Notes: generated by a model from the sequence alone, not told the origin. DNA of 64,000 bases from an uncultured virus (IMG/VR IMGVR_UViG_3300020577_005824) (IMGVR_UViG_3300020577_005824), one strand, 5' to 3'; shown: positions 1 to 8,179, counted from the stretch's first letter. Made by a program: numbers and translations.

Positions 1-77
1 AACAAAGCACTGCCACTAACATCGGCTATATGCAATGCCTTATTTTGTGCTTCGTATTTAAGTTTTTCTATATCCAT
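1..77 (-). CDS. 5' end of a cassette ORF (MDIEKLKYEAQNKALHIADVSGSAL...), truncated by the window edge
   Basis: ATG at 77 inside attC-like site 1; frame open to position 1; not in the ORF track. Confidence 0.5.
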   Translation of the reverse strand, partial: MDIEKLKYEAQNKALHIADVSGSAL

Positions 78-144
78 AAGTTTCTACTTCGTATTAAGTT
101 TTGTGCGATTTTGTCGGCACTGCACATAGCCGTAGGCGTTATGT
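14..144. mobile_element. attC-like recombination site 1
   Basis: CACTAAC...GTTATGT ends; arms CGGCTATATGCAATGCC / GGCACTGCACATAGCCG are imperfect inverted repeats; internal near-duplication cttcgtatt(t)aagttt. Confidence 0.7.
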
Positions 145-181
145 TCAATTTTATTTTATTAATTTTTAAAAGCCTACGCAC

Positions 182-445
182 CTAAGCGTTATCTGTAGGT
201 ATATTTACCTTATTCTTATATGGGCTTTCAATTTCAAAAACAATTTCTTGCTCATTGTTATCTTCTCTAAAAGCAATTATTTGTATTCCGTATTTTCCAC
301 CACGTTCTCGCATTTCATTTTCTGCAATTTCTTTAGCTATATCAATTCCTAAGCATAAATCAACAATGTAGTTATGTGATTGTTCGCTGCTCCAACGTTT
401 AGCAATTACTATATAACTGCCTTTTTTTCTAAGTTCTTTTTCCAT
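182..445 (-). CDS. hypothetical protein (cassette A)
   Basis: 87-aa ORF between sites 1 and 2. Confidence 0.7.
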   Translation of the reverse strand: MEKELRKKGSYIVIAKRWSSEQSHNYIVDLCLGIDIAKEIAENEMRERGGKYGIQIIAFREDNNEQEIVFEIESPYKNKVNIPTDNA

Positions 446-597
446 TTTTCTAATTCTTTAATTACTTTATACCAAAAATTGCTTTTAATTCCATTCTTTT
501 CTAATTCTGAATAAACTTCTGCCGCTGTAATAAAACACGCTTTTAAATCTCCGTTATGTTTTTGCATTAATTCATATACTTTATTTTTTGCTATCAT
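409..597 (-). CDS. hypothetical protein (cassette A)
   Basis: 62-aa ORF, A-rich leader, overlaps the next gene. Confidence 0.6.
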   Translation of the reverse strand: MIAKNKVYELMQKHNGDLKACFITAAEVYSELEKNGIKSNFWYKVIKELEKWKKNLEKKAVI

Positions 598-656
598 TCT
601 TTCGCTTTTTAAAAATTAATGAAATAAAACTGCCTCACACACTTTCCATCGCACCA

Positions 657-735
657 ACATAACACCAAATTGGCACAAGGCTATTCAATCAACTAACCGC
701 TTAACGCCCTGCTGCCAATTCGGATAACGTTAGGT
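657..735. mobile_element. attC-like recombination site 2
   Basis: ACATAAC...GTTAGGT ends; arms CCAAATTGGCA / TGCCAATTCGG. Confidence 0.7.
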
Positions 736-756
736 GCAAGTGCTACGATACTGCTA

Positions 757-1479
757 CTATTGAACATTTGTAGGAGAAAATTTAAAAAGTTTTTCCACCG
801 CTTTATGTGTAGCTCCATCTCTTTGACTTGCAATATTTGTTTTTACTTCTCCTTCCCATACGCAAATGAAGTCATCAGGTGCATTATACTCGCTTACAAA
901 TACTAAATTCTTTTCACTCATCTTTCTACACCAATCCCAAAATTTAGTGTGGTCAAAAGCACCTGTTTTATATGAAGTAGTGCCTTCGTATGGTGGGTCA
1001 CAATAAATCAAACAATTTTCAAAGTCTGAATACTCATCATAACTTCCGTTGATAAATCTCACGCCTTGTAAGTTTGGGCTTTGCTTTTGTGCATTTCGCT
1101 TGCCATACCCAACAAAAGTTGTTTCATCGCTTCCTTTTTCTCTTGCATATCCGTTATCAAATTTACCACCAAATGAAGCAACAAATCGCAAACAGCTTTT
1201 TATTGGTTCAGGTTCACTTTCTTTCAGTTGTTTATATTCATCTTCGGTTAATTGGTTCGGTAATTTATCAACTAAATCACGTATTGCAATCAAAGCCTCA
1301 ATAGTGTGTGCATTGTAGTCAATTCCAATCCTTTTAAAGTTATTTGGAACTTTATCAATCATATTTGCCCCACCAACAAAAGGCTCTACCCAAGTAGTAA
1401 TCCCCTTTTCATTTGCTCCTTTAACCATAATCGGTAAAACAAATTTTGCTATCCGATTTTTACTTCCCATATATTTCAT
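757..1479 (-). CDS. Dam/D12-class N6-adenine DNA methyltransferase (cassette B)
   Basis: MKYMGSK start, EPFVGG SAM-binding motif, YCDPPY catalytic motif, FVSEY. Confidence 0.92.
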   Translation of the reverse strand: MKYMGSKNRIAKFVLPIMVKGANEKGITTWVEPFVGGANMIDKVPNNFKRIGIDYNAHTIEALIAIRDLVDKLPNQLTEDEYKQLKESEPEPIKSCLRFVASFGGKFDNGYAREKGSDETTFVGYGKRNAQKQSPNLQGVRFINGSYDEYSDFENCLIYCDPPYEGTTSYKTGAFDHTKFWDWCRKMSEKNLVFVSEYNAPDDFICVWEGEVKTNIASQRDGATHKAVEKLFKFSPTNVQ

Positions 1480-1533
1480 ACTTTAAAACTTTTTAAATTT
1501 TCTATTCGTTTTCTGCTAAATAACCGCACCAGC

Positions 1534-1609
1534 AGGTAACAAGGTATATACGCAATTTTTCCACCGCTAAACCCTACGCACAACTGCGTATATACCCGAA
1601 CCGTTATCT
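1534..1609. mobile_element. attC-like recombination site 3
   Basis: AGGTAAC...GTTATCT ends; arms GGTATATACGCA / TGCGTATATACC (12-bp perfect); GTTA overlaps the TAA stop of ORF 1604-1912. Confidence 0.7.
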
Positions 1610-1912
1610 CCCAAAACTATCATTATATATCCAAAGAAAATTCTTCTTACCGAAAAACTCCTTTTTCGTATTCCTTGTTTTTATCAATTTATTCTCTTCT
1701 GTAAGGTTACTCATCGCTCGTCTTATTGATGTTATTGGGACTTCTTTGTAAAGCTTTGAGTATAAATCAAGGACATAAAAAGGAGTCATAGCCACACCTT
1801 GCTTTTCTCTAAAAATAGCGAGTATTTTATCTTCTTGTGTCTTACAAGTTATAGTATGCGCTACCAGCTCATCTCCCGATGAGTTTATGGTATTGTGAAA
1901 ATGTTCTATCAT
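1604..1912 (-). CDS. small phage protein, probable winged-HTH DNA-binding
   Basis: PITSIRRAMSNLTEENKLIK helix-turn-helix-wing pattern. Confidence 0.6.
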   Translation of the reverse strand: MIEHFHNTINSSGDELVAHTITCKTQEDKILAIFREKQGVAMTPFYVLDLYSKLYKEVPITSIRRAMSNLTEENKLIKTRNTKKEFFGKKNFLWIYNDSFGR

Positions 1913-1915
1913 GGC

Positions 1916-2278
1916 TTATTTATTCATAAAGTAAATAAAAAAAGCAACCATTGATGAGTTTATGATAAGCTGCTCAAGCAATATCCATCCTACCATTTTA
2001 GTACGCTTATTATCATAAAAGTAGTTTGTCCACATTCTCAGGCAGCACCACTCTACAGCGTAGTGTATAACAAATGTAGTCAGCCACCACGAATATACAT
2101 TTACATTCCAAGTTTTAAGGGCTACTATTGACGCAAATAGAAATGTGCTTATTGACCATGTTAGAACGTGCACAAAAAGCACTGTGCTGTCTTTATGTTT
2201 ACCCTTCATTATATCTGGGTGTTGAAATAACTGATCAGCAATAAAGTTTAATGCTAGTAATATTAATACGATTTTCAT
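1916..2278 (-). CDS. DUF3307-like multi-TM membrane protein
   Basis: hydrophobic helices with ADQLFQ...K...LFVH...HY...EQ spacing. Confidence 0.6.
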   Translation of the reverse strand: MKIVLILLALNFIADQLFQHPDIMKGKHKDSTVLFVHVLTWSISTFLFASIVALKTWNVNVYSWWLTTFVIHYAVEWCCLRMWTNYFYDNKRTKMVGWILLEQLIINSSMVAFFIYFMNK

Positions 2279-2865
2279 AATGATGATTTTAATAATTTAT
2301 ACTCTTCTTTTAATTTCTCCTCCAGTTCGAATAACTTATCGAACCTTCTGTCTTTTTTAAGCTCACTTCTAGGAACAAAATCCCAAGCGTAATGCGCTTC
2401 ATTTGTAGCTAATTGAATATTTGGTTTGTAAAGTTTAAATAACGGATACTTGTTCAGTGCCTTCGGGAGAACGTGCATGAACTGCGTTGCGGTAAGTTCG
2501 TAGAGCGTAGCTCCGGTGACGAAGCAGGTCCATTCTCTTTCTTCTGCGATTTCTTCGAAGACTTCTTTTTCTCCGGTTGGTGATTTTCTACTTTTATTAA
2601 AGGTAGTATTCCTTGAAAATGAGTTGCTGGATCTGTACGCAGAAACATAATTCTTTCTATCTCCTTGTTTTCCATCTGAATCTTCTTCGTAACGCTCTTC
2701 ATTATCTGTTCCTCGAAGCTCGAATGATGTATTTCCGCTATTCTTTTTAGATTTTTGCTTTTTCTCATAATTACAATATTGGCAAAGTCCGGAGCGAACA
2801 GGAATAATCACTCCTGTTCTTCCGCACTCTTTGTTTACACAATCACCTATAAATGGTTTAAACAT
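2275..2865 (-). CDS. Zn-finger plus HNH/NinG-like nuclease-fold protein
   Basis: N-terminal CxxxxC..CxxC; C-terminal CFVTG...FMHVLPK..YP...NI...H. Confidence 0.55.
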   Translation of the reverse strand: MFKPFIGDCVNKECGRTGVIIPVRSGLCQYCNYEKKQKSKKNSGNTSFELRGTDNEERYEEDSDGKQGDRKNYVSAYRSSNSFSRNTTFNKSRKSPTGEKEVFEEIAEEREWTCFVTGATLYELTATQFMHVLPKALNKYPLFKLYKPNIQLATNEAHYAWDFVPRSELKKDRRFDKLFELEEKLKEEYKLLKSSL

Positions 2866-2909
2866 TACTTCTTTTTAGTAGTTGGTCTTTTGTAGGCTTG
2901 AGAAAATGC

Positions 2910-3170
2910 TTATTTTAACCCTTCCATCCTAGCGTCTGCTATCATGTGAATAAGCGTCTGATGAACACGCATCATATCTCTTAAATTAGCCTCTCCGTTC
3001 ACATCCGTTCCTTTTTCGTAAACAGTAAACGTTAGCTCGGCTAACTTTTTTCCTTTTTCGTCTTTTTTAGTAGCTGCTTTCTTTGCAGCTACTTTCTTCG
3101 CTGGAGATTTTTTAGCAGATTGTTTCTTAACTACTGCTTTCTTTGCTGGTTGTTTTTTTGTTGTTGCCAT
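2910..3170 (-). CDS. Lys/Ala-rich histone-like small protein
   Basis: PAKKAVVKK/SPAKKVAAKKAA repeats. Confidence 0.65.
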   Translation of the reverse strand: MATTKKQPAKKAVVKKQSAKKSPAKKVAAKKAATKKDEKGKKLAELTFTVYEKGTDVNGEANLRDMMRVHQTLIHMIADARMEGLK

Positions 3171-3193
3171 TTTTATTTGTATTGGTTAATTTG

Positions 3194-3268
3194 TGCCTCC
3201 TGCTGGATTCTAACCAGCGACCTTGACATTATGAGTGTCTTGCTCTGAACCGACTGAGCTAAGGAGGC
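3194..3268 (-). tRNA. tRNA with CAT anticodon (Ile2-like or elongator Met)
   Basis: cloverleaf GCCTCCT/AGGAGGC, D-arm GCTC/GAGC, loop CTCATAA, T-stem GCTGG/CCAGC; no encoded CCA. Confidence 0.88.
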
Positions 3269-3278
3269 TACTTTATCT

Positions 3279-3815
3279 CTAAAGCTTTAAATATTTGCAC
3301 TTCTGGTTATACTGAGTTCCTGTTAATGGTGACACATGGAAATTAAGCATCAGTGTATCTCCACTAAATATATTCCCTGAGTTTAATACTATAAGGGATG
3401 AATTATTGAATCCATCAGATATATTGTCTCTATAAACTTTTATGTACGGCTGATTATGATTAGTACTACCATCCTTATATACTGCCGTTTTGGATACCCT
3501 CATTTCCCCAGGCTGAGAACTATAGTTGTTATCGAACTTATACAAAATCCTCTTCTGAGTAGTATCGAATGAGCTTACCCACTGATACGACTTGTAATGC
3601 ATAAAGAACATCAGGTTAGTATCAAGCTCAGTATGAACAGAAGAGTATATCATTCTGTAGTGCCCTGTTCTTGATGTGTCAAAATCTGCATTAAGGGAGT
3701 CTGTCTGGCTCTGAGTCCTCGTGGTCGTCAGTGGAGATTGACTGTTCTTCTTGCATGATGTTAGACTCAATAGCATTGTCGCTAGAATCATTAGTGATAA
3801 TTTTAACTTTTTCAT
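3279..3815 (-). CDS. putative lipoprotein
   Basis: MKK plus hydrophobic stretch plus LTSC lipobox followed by KK. Confidence 0.7.
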   Translation of the reverse strand: MKKLKLSLMILATMLLSLTSCKKNSQSPLTTTRTQSQTDSLNADFDTSRTGHYRMIYSSVHTELDTNLMFFMHYKSYQWVSSFDTTQKRILYKFDNNYSSQPGEMRVSKTAVYKDGSTNHNQPYIKVYRDNISDGFNNSSLIVLNSGNIFSGDTLMLNFHVSPLTGTQYNQKCKYLKL

Positions 3816-4227
3816 CTTCTCTTTGTTGTTTTATTTGGTTAAATACTTCGTCCATAGATCCTCCATTGTATAACTTACATACGGTAAGTAATTCTGTAGT
3901 GTTCTTGGCCTTTAAAAATTCCTCCATCAGCAATCCGAATCCTGTAGCGTAGTTGTCGAAGTTTGCCTTGAATGCGAGTGGCATTTTTCCGATAACCTCT
4001 TCTATCTTTTTGTAAGCATCTCTATTAAATGCCTCCTGTTTGTTTCTGAACACGTTTACCATGTACTCAGCCTTATCGTCAAACTTTCTATTCGTAGCTC
4101 TTACATTCAATGTCTGACCCTTCGTTAACTTAGATTTAACATCACTCATGTAAGATTCTCGTGAAGCATGAATGTTATCTGAGTATTCCTCAATCTCCTC
4201 TCTGAAATACCCTTCTCTGTATCTCAT
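3691..4227 (-). CDS. hypothetical protein (start likely ATG 4227; ORF open to 4404)
   Basis: ORF track; ATG just after the upstream stop. Confidence 0.6.
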   Translation of the reverse strand: MRYREGYFREEIEEYSDNIHASRESYMSDVKSKLTKGQTLNVRATNRKFDDKAEYMVNVFRNKQEAFNRDAYKKIEEVIGKMPLAFKANFDNYATGFGLLMEEFLKAKNTTELLTVCKLYNGGSMDEVFNQIKQQREDEKVKIITNDSSDNAIESNIMQEEQSISTDDHEDSEPDRLP

Positions 4228-4234
4228 GGCAGCA

Positions 4235-4705
4235 TCAAGTAATGCTAAAAATATCACCCTGCGATGACTTGTAAGCGTTGAGTTCCTCTCTTCTTGATGC
4301 GATTTTTCTGAATTGCTCGTCTGTGATTCCTCGCTTTTTGACTCTAACTCTTGGCGGTTCATTTCCTGTTCTAGGCTCTTGTCTTCTGTGTTTACGTGTT
4401 CCATTTAGATTTTTAAGTTTATATTCGTTATACCTTGCTATATAGTCCGGATTATCAACCAGGCGCTTAGCGTTTTTTCTTTTTACGAGCACTAGCTCAT
4501 AGCCTAGAGTGTCTAGTGTGCGCATTAATGACGAGGTGGTAACATCTCTTGTTCCTGTTACCAATCCTGTATAAGTGCGAGTATTCATTCCTGTTATGGC
4601 AGCTACAATAGCCATAGTTACTTGTTCTGTATCACAAGCATACTTTACCTTGTCGGCAAGCTCATTCAACAACTCTTGCTCCTTTTCTGTTCTTGCTCGT
4701 TTCAT
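4235..4705 (-). CDS. XRE/Cro-like HTH regulator
   Basis: VTMAIVAAITGMNTRTYTGLVTG..DVTTSSLMRTLDTLGYEL pattern. Confidence 0.65.
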   Translation of the reverse strand: MKRARTEKEQELLNELADKVKYACDTEQVTMAIVAAITGMNTRTYTGLVTGTRDVTTSSLMRTLDTLGYELVLVKRKNAKRLVDNPDYIARYNEYKLKNLNGTRKHRRQEPRTGNEPPRVRVKKRGITDEQFRKIASRREELNAYKSSQGDIFSIT

Positions 4706-4707
4706 GG

Positions 4708-4962
4708 TTATGGTAACTCTAAGATATAGTTTTTCTTATTACTCTTGAAGGAGTTCTTTACTGTTTGCTCTAAGTTTTCGAGCTGTTCAAGGGATAGGTT
4801 TTTGTATAGTCTAGCTATAACATTAGCCTTTAATTCATCTTGGGTAGAGGTTATTTTAATTCCTAAATAATCCTCAATTACCTCAAAGTCTTCTCTGATT
4901 GTATCGTCATCGTACTGCATCTGTATCTTATTTTTTGTAAATGTATAAAATTTATTTGACAA
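4708..4962 (-). CDS. hypothetical protein (start uncertain, ATG 4920 possible)
   Basis: tightly packed operon ORF. Confidence 0.55.
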   Translation of the reverse strand: MSNKFYTFTKNKIQMQYDDDTIREDFEVIEDYLGIKITSTQDELKANVIARLYKNLSLEQLENLEQTVKNSFKSNKKNYILELP

Positions 4963-4976
4963 AAGCGAAATAATGT

Positions 4977-5336
4977 TTAATTAATATCCCACACTCTACC
5001 TTTATTTTTCAACTCAAATTTATTGGTTAGTTCCTCTGCAAATTCGTATAAACCTCCTGTTCCTTTAGTTGCTTCAATATCGTTTACTTTGTTATGAGCG
5101 TCTTCGGGGTTTTTAGCAATGGCTGAAACTATCTCAAAGTGTGTTTCTTGCCATGAGACAAAACCATTAGGAAACATATCTGTTTCTCTAGTAGACAATT
5201 GTTTTAAAAGGTCTGATTCACTATTTATAGCATCACATAAATCATCATGCTCCAAGAAATTATTGTCTTGCGTTTTTCTAATGACTTCTTTTTTAGAGTT
5301 AGCATTTACTACTCTTGTGCTTATGTATTTTTTCAT
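4977..5336 (-). CDS. hypothetical early protein
   Basis: tightly packed operon ORF. Confidence 0.65.
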   Translation of the reverse strand: MKKYISTRVVNANSKKEVIRKTQDNNFLEHDDLCDAINSESDLLKQLSTRETDMFPNGFVSWQETHFEIVSAIAKNPEDAHNKVNDIEATKGTGGLYEFAEELTNKFELKNKGRVWDIN

Positions 5337-5338
5337 AA

Positions 5339-5719
5339 TTATTTGTTTTGAGATTGAATAAAATTTCCTATTGATTGAGCGTAAATATCCTCCATGAGAT
5401 ACGTTAATTCCTCGTCCTCTTCTTTTGTTAGGTCTCTATCTTCTTTAATTAGCATTAGGTCGAGTGCTCTACAAATGTTATCAGAGGAACTATAGTTAGG
5501 GTAATACTTTTCCACAAAGTCCCATGTAGTTTTTAAAGCTTTGTTATCCTCCTGTTTGTCTTGAATAGCATCCAATAATCCAATTACTCCATCGAGCGCA
5601 CCAACCTGTTCTTTTGTTAAAAATCCAGCATCTAACTCTTTAGTTCCTGATTGATTTTCCATAGCAAGCCCTACTAATTCTAGTTTTTGGTCTGCTAATA
5701 ATTTAAAGTCTATATTCAT
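5339..5719 (-). CDS. hypothetical early protein
   Basis: tightly packed operon ORF. Confidence 0.65.
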   Translation of the reverse strand: MNIDFKLLADQKLELVGLAMENQSGTKELDAGFLTKEQVGALDGVIGLLDAIQDKQEDNKALKTTWDFVEKYYPNYSSSDNICRALDLMLIKEDRDLTKEEDEELTYLMEDIYAQSIGNFIQSQNK

Positions 5720-5928
5720 GGTTTCCTGATTTTTAAGTTTAACTTTTCTGCTGTTTCCTGTAAGTTTTGTAACCCCATGTGTTCCCTAACCTCATTAGCG
5801 AAATTGAGCCATAGGTTTACGTCAACATTTGTTTGCTCCCCGAACCTTTGCTCGAAAATAGCCTTTGCTGCTCTTATATCCTCTCCCATTTGCTGAGATG
5901 GGGATAATTTTATTTCCTGTTCTTGCAT
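5716..5928 (-). CDS. hypothetical early protein
   Basis: ATGA overlap with the next gene. Confidence 0.65.
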   Translation of the reverse strand: MQEQEIKLSPSQQMGEDIRAAKAIFEQRFGEQTNVDVNLWLNFANEVREHMGLQNLQETAEKLNLKIRKP

Positions 5929-5930
5929 AG

Positions 5931-6170
5931 CTAGCCGTATAATGGTTCATAAGATAAAACAATAAAGTCTTGAGCGCCTTTATCAGAGGATAGCACTTCA
6001 ATTTCCTTTTCGTCTCGAAGATAGTAGAATACATTTTGGTCTGCAATATGTTCCTCTTCGGTAGCATTATCCTCGTCGAATGAACCTATTTTGAATATGT
6101 ATCCTGAAATCGGTTCGGGTTCGTCGTTAAATTGTACGGTGGCTATATAGCCGGTTATTGGTTTATTCAT
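5931..6170 (-). CDS. acidic hypothetical early protein
   Basis: tightly packed operon ORF. Confidence 0.65.
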   Translation of the reverse strand: MNKPITGYIATVQFNDEPEPISGYIFKIGSFDEDNATEEEHIADQNVFYYLRDEKEIEVLSSDKGAQDFIVLSYEPLYG

Positions 6171-6181
6171 AGCTTGTTGTA

Positions 6182-6688
6182 TTAAAAATTAGTTAATTCA
6201 GGGAAACATTCATCAGTTGCAAAATCTATGAAGTCCCAATTAATTCCATTATTTGCATCATGGTTATTTTCCATATAACAAGCTACTTCTTTTGCCTGTT
6301 CGGTTGTTAACTCAATATCTCTATCTTTCGCCCTGTAGATTATATCGTCTAATTGCCAAAAACACATAATGTACCCATGCTCTTTTAGAATAGCTTTTGC
6401 GATATCGACTGGGTGCTTTTCCTGTTCAATATCAACAATCTCTCCGTTTTTTACAATATACTGAGCGTCCTCGTCAGTATCCCAAGCAGTCCAATAGATA
6501 GCATCTTCACTGAATGCTTTATTCAAAGACTTGTATCCGTTGTTTTTACACCATGCAATAGCATCTTTTTTGTATTTGAAGTAAAATTGTCCATCATTAG
6601 CTATCCACCCTTCATTCATTCCCTCTCCTGTTACAGAGCATTTACGTGCGAATTTTTCGCCTTCTGTTAAAGTTAATTTATTTGCCAT
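6182..6688 (-). CDS. hypothetical early protein
   Basis: 168-aa ORF in operon. Confidence 0.7.
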   Translation of the reverse strand: MANKLTLTEGEKFARKCSVTGEGMNEGWIANDGQFYFKYKKDAIAWCKNNGYKSLNKAFSEDAIYWTAWDTDEDAQYIVKNGEIVDIEQEKHPVDIAKAILKEHGYIMCFWQLDDIIYRAKDRDIELTTEQAKEVACYMENNHDANNGINWDFIDFATDECFPELTNF

Positions 6689-6700
6689 AATTTCCTGTTA

Positions 6701-6874
6701 TTAGTGGTGGATAATTTCAATTTCTTCTTTACTTGTCATATAGTGAATATCTGAAAGTCTATGCTCTGTATTTTCTATAATCCAATTTTCAACGTCTTCA
6801 CTTTGTTCAATACCATTTGGTAGAGTGTAAAAGTTTACGGTAGCCCCTGAATAGTTTAATATTACTAAATTCAT
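6701..6874 (-). CDS. 57-aa hypothetical protein (MNLVILNYSGATVNFY...EIIHH)
   Basis: read manually; fills the gap in the operon; below the ORF-track cutoff. Confidence 0.6.
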   Translation of the reverse strand: MNLVILNYSGATVNFYTLPNGIEQSEDVENWIIENTEHRLSDIHYMTSKEEIEIIHH

Positions 6875-6918
6875 AATCCTAATTTTAATGTGGTTTTTAT
6901 ATCCTGTTAATTTAGTAG

Positions 6919-7030
6919 TGTTTTATATACCCCAAATGGGCAGGGGGATAACACCAGGTTAAACACTTGCTCGTTATTACAAGATGTTTTATATACCCCA
7001 AATGGGCAGGGGGATAACACCAGGTTAAAC
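6919..7030. repeat. two identical 46-bp direct repeats (6919-6964, 6985-7030) with a 20-bp spacer; CRISPR-repeat-like
   Basis: TGTTTTATATACCCCAAATGGGCAGGGGGATAACACCAGGTTAAAC twice. Confidence 0.9.
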
Positions 7031-7044
7031 CCCCTGAAAAAATG

Positions 7045-8100
7045 TTAATCTATGAATTTTAAAATTTCAGTTATAATTTTATCCAAATTATCAATGCTTT
7101 TTTTGTCTGCATTATGTCTATTTAACTGCTTCCGCGACAAACTCTTTATACTTCCGTTTACTTTATAAAAAGTAGACTTAAAATCGCTTAATTTATCTTT
7201 GTACTCAATCTGCTTTTTTAATATCCAATCGTTTAAATCTCTATATTTAAACTCTTCAGATTGAGTATTTGCATTATATCTTTTTTCTGTTTTTACTTCG
7301 TTTCTAGCTATTAAAATCAATATTTCAACAAGCTTTATATTGTCATAGATATTACACTCAAGCATCTCATATAAATCAAAATTAGACTTGTATATATCAA
7401 GTTCTGAAAGTTTTTTTGTCAACTCCGTTAATACTTCGCTATTATTTGCTATTTCGCGTTTCCTGGTAAGTTCTCTCTGTTCAATAAGTCTCTCATAATC
7501 TACAGTTAATGCAATTTTTTTAATCTCTTCTATATGAGAAATATAAGGCTCTAATGTTTTAATGTAGTTTTTTAGATATTTTATATTTTCAATTTTACTT
7601 TCTCGCTCTAGTGATTTCTTTGCTGTTTCAATATTGTCTTCAACCTCTTTAATTAAAACATCATTATAAACATCTTCAGCACTATTAAATAATTCAGCAT
7701 AATCTTTTGGTTTAAATCGCATTAACGTACTTTTAGGAAGAGTTTTTGAAGTATTATCTATGGGTTTTAACTTCCATTCATACCCATCATTTACTGAGTA
7801 GGTTTTTTTGCTCCAGTCTATATCCATCACCTTTTCAAAACTTTCAATTAAAGCATCAGTATTTTGAATAAGGAATGAGTAAAAACCTCCGTTATCATTT
7901 TTAACGATAACCCTTAATCCTTGCGACTTAATATTTAGGTGTTTAGCTATTTGCTCAGCTAATTCTATAGCAGCCGATTCGCTATAGGTTAAGGTTCCGT
8001 TTGAATGCTTTTCAAAAACTCCTGACAAATTAACCTGGTCTCTAATGCTTTTTAGAGTGCTTAACATGTAGTTATCTAAATTTGTGTATGCTGGTTTCAT
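7045..8100 (-). CDS. 351-aa hypothetical protein, coiled-coil rich
   Basis: long ORF; no recognisable motif. Confidence 0.75.
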   Translation of the reverse strand: MKPAYTNLDNYMLSTLKSIRDQVNLSGVFEKHSNGTLTYSESAAIELAEQIAKHLNIKSQGLRVIVKNDNGGFYSFLIQNTDALIESFEKVMDIDWSKKTYSVNDGYEWKLKPIDNTSKTLPKSTLMRFKPKDYAELFNSAEDVYNDVLIKEVEDNIETAKKSLERESKIENIKYLKNYIKTLEPYISHIEEIKKIALTVDYERLIEQRELTRKREIANNSEVLTELTKKLSELDIYKSNFDLYEMLECNIYDNIKLVEILILIARNEVKTEKRYNANTQSEEFKYRDLNDWILKKQIEYKDKLSDFKSTFYKVNGSIKSLSRKQLNRHNADKKSIDNLDKIITEILKFID

Positions 8101-8179
8101 AATGTGGTTTTTTTATGTGGTGTTTTTATTAATTAAATTTTGATTTTATACTAATTTTGGGGCGGTTAACTTAAAGCTT

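Noticed and set aside
3150..3193. Theta/HDV-like ribozyme after the tRNA
   Set aside because: The trailer is a short A-rich leader running directly into the next ATG; no such structure is visible.
6919..7030. Bona fide CRISPR-Cas locus
   Set aside because: Only two repeats, and no cas1/cas2 or recognisable effector. Kept as a repeat and as a finding.
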